From a virus, in IMG/VR virus record IMGVR_UViG_3300010970_000150, positions 1-64,000 of that record: DNA of 64,000 nt. One strand, 5' to 3'. How positions within the stretch are numbered: position 1 is the first letter of the stretch; each line of letters starts with the position of its first letter. Position numbers and translations under genes: made by a program. Shown in pieces: positions 58,701-64,000 of the stretch. The notes beneath the pieces are model-generated. The model was not told the origin of the DNA. It did no database searches and saw nothing but the letters and a program-made list of their open reading frames with translations.

Positions 58701-61700
58701 AAGGGGCTAGATGCTAAGGTGATGGACGAAAGAGGAAACATTCAATGGGCTAAGCCTGAAGTCAGAGCACTCTGGCAGGGCGATAGAAACGCCTTTGACC
58801 AGTCGTTTATGGAGTACCTCAGCAACGCTAGTAAGGCTAGCACGGACAGGACTCGTGTTGAGTCTTCCCTGCTTCCTTCTCTTGCTATGGGTGACGGACT
58901 TGGTGCTGAGCGTAGAAATGTGATGCACCAGTTCCTTGGTATGGCTAAGCGTAAGGACGCAGGGTACTTCAACACTCCCATTGCTGAGATTCCTAGAGGC
59001 AAGACATCTGTCGTTACTAACTTCACAATGGACACTATGAGTCCTATGCGAAGCGACTCTCCTATTCGTTACGACTTCAACCTCGACAACGCCCACAGCG
59101 ACCTCAGCAGAAACTTCAAGGTGTCCGATATGGACTACGAGAAGACACCTCAGGGTGATGTGTTTACTCACGCATCTAAGTACAAGATTGTTGCGGTCAA
59201 AGACCAGCAGGCTCACCTGTACGATGCTAACGGAAAATCCCTTGGTGCGTTTAAGGACAAAGACCTCGCTGGAGTTGCTATGGAAAAGGCTTATGCGGCT
59301 GAGCGTGCTGAAACAGAAGTTCGCATTGAACGCATTAAGGAAGACCAACAGAAGCAACAGCAGAACTTCAAGGTGTGGGATGAAGGAACTATGGAAGAAG
59401 GTAGAAGGCTTGGAGACATCTTTGAGACAGAGCAAGGCAAGGCATTCGTTCACGGCACTACTCTTATCCGTCAGACTCGTGAAGAGTTCTACAGCGACAA
59501 TTTCTCTAAACTCCGTCAGGCTGACCCTGACACAGTTATGGCAGTCACGGAGCAAATTGCTCAGCGTGGCTATGCCCTCAGAGACCTCAGAACTAAGGCT
59601 TACGACAGACTTCAGGCTGAACTAGCCAAGGGCAAAGGTAAGGAATACAAGTTGGCTCGTGACCAGTACGATGTAATCGTCTCTCACGCTGACCGCTACA
59701 ATGACATCTTGCTTGCCTACGAAAGAGCCACCAGAGCCAAGACCAATGGTCAAGGCATCCTAGACTACATCAACACCCACAGACGCACCTCCACAGGCTA
59801 TGACAATATGGCTAAGGTGTTCTTTGGAGACCACTACGACTCCCAGTTCCAGACAGGTAAACCTGTCACTACAGTCGCTACACACGGCACAAGCAGTCAC
59901 GAACTGCTGACCTCCAGAGAGTTCGACCCTAAACAGTCTGGCTCTAAGCACGGAGCAGAGCACGACAAGGTTGGCATCTTCCTTTCTGGAGAGACCAAGA
60001 CCTCACACGGCTACGCTGACCCTAAGGAAAAAGACTTTGGCTATCGTCAAGTCAGAGCCGCTATCAAGTTCAATAATCCTCTGGTCGTTGACGCTCAGTT
60101 TAAATGCTATAGCCCTGATGTCTACGAAGGCTATATGAAGAAGGTCAGAGATGGTGGTCACGATGGCGTTATCATCAAGAATGTTTACGATGGTGGTAGT
60201 GCTGATACTGTCTTCATCGTCAATAACGACTCTGTTAAGGCGAACACGGCTATCATCGACACGCACATCGGTATGGAGCGAGTCAAGAGACAGTCTGAAA
60301 GCATCAGCGATATCTCCGCAGACAGCGACCAAGGCTCTGTCAGATACCCGATTCAGGAGTCTATGCCTCGTGGCAAGGATGTCCGTGTTGGTTCTCAACT
60401 AGGTTTATCTTGGAAGGTAGATGATGCAAATGCTCCTAAGGAATCCGCACAGGACTACAGCCGTCTCAAACTCATTAGAGAAACCCTTCCGATGCTTATC
60501 CCTGAGATTTGGGAAAAACTTAAGAAGACAGGTAGAATCATCAAGAACTACGACCCAAGAGAAATCCTTGGCGAAGTTTTCGTCATCAATCCTGACGCTA
60601 TGATTGCAGGCAATGTAAAGATGGGTGACACTACCCTTATCGGAGAAGCCCTAGGTGGACCGAACTTTACTATGGGCGAAGGTGCGAGGGCTGGCAATGA
60701 AGTTTGGGCTAACACCAAGACTGCGGCTGGTACATACGAGAAACAAATTGCTGACATCGTTGACCGAAAGATTAACGACTTAAACAAAGAAGCAAGAAGA
60801 CAGAAGTGGTCTAAAGAAAGAATTGATGCGGAGATTGCCAACATCACTACGCATATGGTTATCACAAAAGGAACGAACCAGAAGCCCCTGAGCAACCCTA
60901 CGGCATTCAAGGGTGCGTCTGATATCATCAAGACATTCGTTAAAGAAAGTATGCTTAGCGAGGCTGATGTAAAAGCGATGTTCCAGAAAGAATCTGAGAG
61001 CACAGTTCCTAAAGGAAAGGACAAGAAAACTGGCAAGTTCCCTGTGGACGAGAAAGGCGTTAGACTCCGTGAGAGATACCACGCTGATGTAATCGACTTC
61101 AAGGACATTATGGAACTCCCTCTGGGCGAGTTCTTGGCTGAGGTTGGAAGACGAGCAGAGAAATCGTTTGAGACTAGAGGTGACCTGATGAAGGACACCC
61201 TAAAGCAACTGGCTCAACTTCCTTCTATGAAGAAAGACGCTAAGAGTCTTGCAAAGATGAGAGCGATGTTTGATGACCCAAACTTCAAACTTAATAGAGC
61301 CGAGAACCTAGGAGAAGCAATCGCCACTAAGTTTTCCGAGCCTTACACGGATGGACTTAAGACATCTGAAGCCTACGCTTCTGTTTCCTTCAAGGGCAAG
61401 GCTAAGGTCGTGAAGGGTTCTCACCCTGACTATCCTTACTCAATTGTCCCAGCAGGAATGGGAGAGCCTACTTTCCACCTATGGTCTGACGCTATTGCCA
61501 TTCAGAAACTTGTAGATAAAACAGTTGTTCCTTTTGAAGCCCCGTCTGGTTCTCCTGCTAAATATCTCGATATGTCTAAACTAACGCCTGCTGAGGCTGG
61601 CAATCAACTTGGGTCTAACTCTGTGGGCTATACTAAGGCTAAGATGAAACCGCTTAAAGACATCCCTGCAAGACCTGAGGGCGAAGGACGCATCGGTATG

Positions 61701-63512
61701 AACTATAAGGTTGATGACATCGCTGGTGCTCCTCGTGAGGGCGGTGCTAAGACTTATACTGAAGGCAACGCTGAGTGGAAGGGTCAGTTCGTTGGACGCA
61801 TTGCTGAGCAAAATCCAGACAAGGTAAAAGGGTTGCAAATTAAATACATCGAAAACAAGACAATGTTTAAGGACAAGAACCTTGTTACTGTCGTTCTTCA
61901 TAACGAAGACGGACAACAGGTTGGTATTCTTAACGCTGATGTCTACAAAGATGGCACGGCTAAGATTGTTGACACTCAAGTGGCTGAGCAATTTGGCAAC
62001 AGAGGCTATAGCAAACTAATGCTTTCTGAACTTGGCGAGCGTATCAGAAGCCAAGGAGTCAAAGAAGTATACGGAGAGGTTGTTGATAAACTGGACAGAC
62101 CTACCAAAGCCAGAAAGTCTGCTTGGGGTAACGCTGAACTAGACCCTGAATCTATTTCCAATATGTCTGAAAGCGGTCAAGTTACTGTATCTAAACTTAA
62201 TCCTGACGCACACTACAAGGTGTCTGACGCAGAGATTGCACAAGTACAAGAAAAGGTTGATATGTTAAAGTCTATAGTAGATAGATATGAAAGATTTAAA
62301 GATGCTAAGGGCAGAGAAAACTCTGACAATAAGCGTAGATACTGGGATGCTAAGCGAGAGTACAACAAACTTAATGACTATACGCTGAAGCCTATGCTTG
62401 CTGAGATGCAAAAGCAAACTCCTGATACTACGCCTAACCTAAAGCCTTTTGAAGGCAACTTCAAGGTGAGCGATGCGGTTAAGACAGGCGTTGTTAAACT
62501 CGATGAAATCATTGGACGGCTTACTAAGACAGACAACATCTCGCCCTCTCTCAGAGATGCAATGAAGGCGTTGAAGGACGCTGTGCGTAAGCAGGATGCT
62601 ACAGACGAGGTGCTTATCCCTGAACTTAGAGAAGCCTACGATGCAATGGTAAGAAGCATTGATGACCAGATGGCTGGTGCATCGCTAACTCCTATTGATT
62701 CCCTCAAGGAAATCAACAAGGCTCTCAAGCCTCTTGATAAGAAGATTCAAAAGAACTCTGAGCGTATCCAGAAGAACGCTAGAGATGCACAGGAGGCTGA
62801 TATGGCTGAAGGTGCTGATGTCGAAAGTCAGGGCATCCAAGAAAGACAAGCGGCTAATCGCAGAGATATGGAAGAAGGTGCTAGCCTTGAGTCCGACCAA
62901 TCAACCGCTGAGATAGACCGCAGGCGTGGTGATGCCAGACTTGATATGGAAGAGGGTGCTAACCTTGATTCTGACCAAGTCCATCAACAGATTGGCGAGT
63001 ATAATGCAGACCAGAACGAAGCGGCTAATGTTGAAGCGGCTCAGCCTCGTAACCAGAACCTGCCTCCCCAGTTCCCTAACCCTGCCCCGACTGTTCCTGC
63101 TGGTCTCCCTAGTTACAAGCCGTCAGGTACGCCTGCCTTCCCTAGACCCCCTGCCACGCCTGCCCTGCCTCAGGTCAAGCCTAGCGGGGCTGTTCCGTTC
63201 CCCAGACCTCCCGCTACCCCTGCACTCCCAAGAGGCTCTATAGCCCCTCCTCCCCCCCAAGGAACGCCTGCTCCGAACCCTCTAGCACCCAGCCTTACAG
63301 CCGCTAAGCCTCTTCCCAAGTTGTCGGCTTGGAGAGGTTGGACGCTTGAAAAGGGTCTTAACGGAGGCTTCTGGAAGAACGCTGTCGGCTGGATGATTGT
63401 AGTCCAAGCGGATAAGTTCAAGGTGTACAACCCTCAAAAGGCTATGCTGGGAATCTATCAAGACCTAGAACAAGCCAAGCGGAGAGTCCAAAGGGCTGAG
63501 CCTAAGCAATGA
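55752..63512 (+). CDS. Giant ejection / polyvalent protein, copy B' (2586 aa): zincin HExxH, ART-like and GNAT domains
   Basis: HELFH..EEF; HGT..GIFLS..FNNPLVVD..GHDGVIIKNVYD; FGNRGYSKLMLSEL (GNAT motif A); six [NHS][FYW]KV[SWD]D motifs; Pro-rich tail. Confidence 0.85.
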   Translation: MPEELYNTPSNNSGVASGWLAVNGVGQQDQALQGMNEDTKAYIETLPPSERQKAIDEFNAPLSGMEVYEALKQSPDFKPTHEEYTKYLAYDKEHKTSVLEGLGMLGEGMSAVMGDLGKAAGAVIDHPMSGLAKAPASLIEAFAQGTRNLYGMVAQSASPDSVLFKMKNALAGDGTVDGYNQFLEARKFNKHSAALAEGKETLVMDKDVIDHDLTLAMSYIADPTLFIPFGNAASAAMKAVGMGEKIALMGGRAASIKAAVIGGGLKWGVGAPIEALASVTRGTIERGAALGGAVLETTTGISAAELKATAKLSAAGTTTASALGGHIPIISDISNTYVAAGAARGFGEAIGAVGEQIQKQGFNRGYNSFAREAFEQTKGLSPHAKGLLKVLDAVDPMFSYGYGTAVGAGHGALIGGTLGYLNAGEEGMYHGMGAGIALGATGAVGGRMFADVAGGTKMARAEIQGGFVIENMRADKHINLEATELYLELATRNGDRAGALQVIGGLDRVAPDMRLILGNVESQKKLLQSKGLNEHGHKVDPKTGKVEMRNGKPIEYEAPLAGFYGGEGFVMHTDRDGNGKQQVTVVINTDALASGKKNVMHHELFHAVFKTTIMEKMFRDNFAEAILGKFDANGIKVKDSEINPKEFKAFVTRELANTVDPATNKKLAPAELTRRLKEFDYHLAEYQKAGTTAKMNPDSAKALNYLVEEFGAHYATQFMKGKPVDYLFRGAEYTGMQGVMDRLHNGFLDFWQGQTGRQNPTFGDFTAKGFDESFAPNKGKRTLDQRSPALDYMVQDLLRSVAGKRKGSTNSFDVRTMSPEARNAYFNSSGMDGVRAYYDKDGKLRNVTEAQVTAERLEVGKAIHESLSKLDPKETAGLADSDGNFGSSSTLGTKFNDTVLAHLVKEGHISQQLAERIKTVQDIVSGQGSNRVSYLYKGASHETEVGPNSPRLYGKDVPITARETIVVGYKITIKKDGTMSLVMKGLDAKVMDERGNIQWAKPEVRALWQGDRNAFDQSFMEYLSNASKASTDRTRVESSLLPSLAMGDGLGAERRNVMHQFLGMAKRKDAGYFNTPIAEIPRGKTSVVTNFTMDTMSPMRSDSPIRYDFNLDNAHSDLSRNFKVSDMDYEKTPQGDVFTHASKYKIVAVKDQQAHLYDANGKSLGAFKDKDLAGVAMEKAYAAERAETEVRIERIKEDQQKQQQNFKVWDEGTMEEGRRLGDIFETEQGKAFVHGTTLIRQTREEFYSDNFSKLRQADPDTVMAVTEQIAQRGYALRDLRTKAYDRLQAELAKGKGKEYKLARDQYDVIVSHADRYNDILLAYERATRAKTNGQGILDYINTHRRTSTGYDNMAKVFFGDHYDSQFQTGKPVTTVATHGTSSHELLTSREFDPKQSGSKHGAEHDKVGIFLSGETKTSHGYADPKEKDFGYRQVRAAIKFNNPLVVDAQFKCYSPDVYEGYMKKVRDGGHDGVIIKNVYDGGSADTVFIVNNDSVKANTAIIDTHIGMERVKRQSESISDISADSDQGSVRYPIQESMPRGKDVRVGSQLGLSWKVDDANAPKESAQDYSRLKLIRETLPMLIPEIWEKLKKTGRIIKNYDPREILGEVFVINPDAMIAGNVKMGDTTLIGEALGGPNFTMGEGARAGNEVWANTKTAAGTYEKQIADIVDRKINDLNKEARRQKWSKERIDAEIANITTHMVITKGTNQKPLSNPTAFKGASDIIKTFVKESMLSEADVKAMFQKESESTVPKGKDKKTGKFPVDEKGVRLRERYHADVIDFKDIMELPLGEFLAEVGRRAEKSFETRGDLMKDTLKQLAQLPSMKKDAKSLAKMRAMFDDPNFKLNRAENLGEAIATKFSEPYTDGLKTSEAYASVSFKGKAKVVKGSHPDYPYSIVPAGMGEPTFHLWSDAIAIQKLVDKTVVPFEAPSGSPAKYLDMSKLTPAEAGNQLGSNSVGYTKAKMKPLKDIPARPEGEGRIGMNYKVDDIAGAPREGGAKTYTEGNAEWKGQFVGRIAEQNPDKVKGLQIKYIENKTMFKDKNLVTVVLHNEDGQQVGILNADVYKDGTAKIVDTQVAEQFGNRGYSKLMLSELGERIRSQGVKEVYGEVVDKLDRPTKARKSAWGNAELDPESISNMSESGQVTVSKLNPDAHYKVSDAEIAQVQEKVDMLKSIVDRYERFKDAKGRENSDNKRRYWDAKREYNKLNDYTLKPMLAEMQKQTPDTTPNLKPFEGNFKVSDAVKTGVVKLDEIIGRLTKTDNISPSLRDAMKALKDAVRKQDATDEVLIPELREAYDAMVRSIDDQMAGASLTPIDSLKEINKALKPLDKKIQKNSERIQKNARDAQEADMAEGADVESQGIQERQAANRRDMEEGASLESDQSTAEIDRRRGDARLDMEEGANLDSDQVHQQIGEYNADQNEAANVEAAQPRNQNLPPQFPNPAPTVPAGLPSYKPSGTPAFPRPPATPALPQVKPSGAVPFPRPPATPALPRGSIAPPPPQGTPAPNPLAPSLTAAKPLPKLSAWRGWTLEKGLNGGFWKNAVGWMIVVQADKFKVYNPQKAMLGIYQDLEQAKRRVQRAEPKQ

Positions 63513-63814
63513 GCCAAGACCCTCAATCCTTTGACGCTCTAATTGAAGAGTTCAAAAAGACTGGATGGCTCTTTGCTGTCCTTGGTGGGCTTGGTATGCT
63601 GGCTAGGCTTATACTTACGGACGAAAAGTACGAGGTTATGAGATGGTCACGAATGATACTTGCGGGTACTATTGTTGGAATCATCTGTTATTTCTCCCTA
63701 GGCAACACGGACATCGACCCTTTCTATAAGAGCGTTCTGTGCAGTATCTCTGGCTCTATCGCTCCAGAGTTGTTTAACTGGGCGAGACGCAAGTTTCTCC
63801 AGAAGACCAAATGA
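63509..63814 (+). CDS. Holin, copy B'
   Basis: Paralog of 20975..21274. Confidence 0.7.
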   Translation: MSQDPQSFDALIEEFKKTGWLFAVLGGLGMLARLILTDEKYEVMRWSRMILAGTIVGIICYFSLGNTDIDPFYKSVLCSISGSIAPELFNWARRKFLQKTK

Positions 63815-64000
63815 GTTTACAAAGCCTGACAATGCTATTTGTGTTTGCAACCTTAGTGGGTTGCACGACAGCCCCTACAGATAAGCCTGTCATCATCATT
63901 AACAAAGACAAGGACACCTACATTGACAAAGTCGAAGCCATCGTTTCTGAAGCGGGTTCTGCCCTTACTGCTGTCGCTCCTACCCTTCCTGTTGGAGTTG
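63811..64000 (+). CDS. Spanin-like lipoprotein, copy B' (partial)
   Basis: MSLQSLTMLFVFATLVGC..KDTYIDKVEAIVSEAGSALTAVAPTLP matches 23237..23818. Confidence 0.7.
   Translation, partial: MSLQSLTMLFVFATLVGCTTAPTDKPVIIINKDKDTYIDKVEAIVSEAGSALTAVAPTLPVGV

Noticed and set aside
59112-62470. AACTTCAAGGTG (3 copies) as a DNA recombination site for cassette shuffling
   Set aside because: The other copies vary at synonymous positions and Ser switches between TCN and AGC, favouring a protein-level motif; no site-specific recombinase is encoded (not fully excluded)
62790-63320. DM(A/E)EGA x3 and FPRPPATPALP x2 repeats as a separate element
   Set aside because: Low-complexity intragenic linker repeats within the giant protein

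Overview
The window is entirely tailed-phage DNA with short-tail (podovirus-type) gene organisation, no Shine-Dalgarno motifs and tightly coupled genes. It contains two divergent copies of the virion/lysis module (about 1-23.8 kb and 43.1-64 kb), offset by exactly 44,423 bp and sharing an apparently identical 2.3-kb block (3031-5341 = 47454-49764). The unit between the repeats holds a full gene set: tail and ejection proteins, lysis genes, a minus-strand lambda-like replication/recombination module, TerS, an early-gene island, 2 tRNAs, HNH, TerL, portal, scaffold and capsid. The restriction-site avoidance signature switches at the repeat, so the window is probably two related phages joined through a recently exchanged block (assembly chimera or real cointegrate). 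The most interesting biology is in the two giant ejection proteins (3511 and 2586 aa). Each has a conserved core with a zincin-like HExxH region followed by variable cargo domains (ART-like, GNAT, unknown), delimited by a repeated phage-specific peptide motif ([NHS][FYW]KV[SWD]D x6; QFNFSPAK x2). This suggests an injected, self-processing effector polyprotein. Other notable items are a second copy of the initiator iteron array 8 kb away upstream of the late operon, extreme palindrome avoidance that appears to have removed Pro-Gly dipeptides, tRNAs matching late-gene codons, and structured early leaders. All motif counts are manual; no database searches were run.
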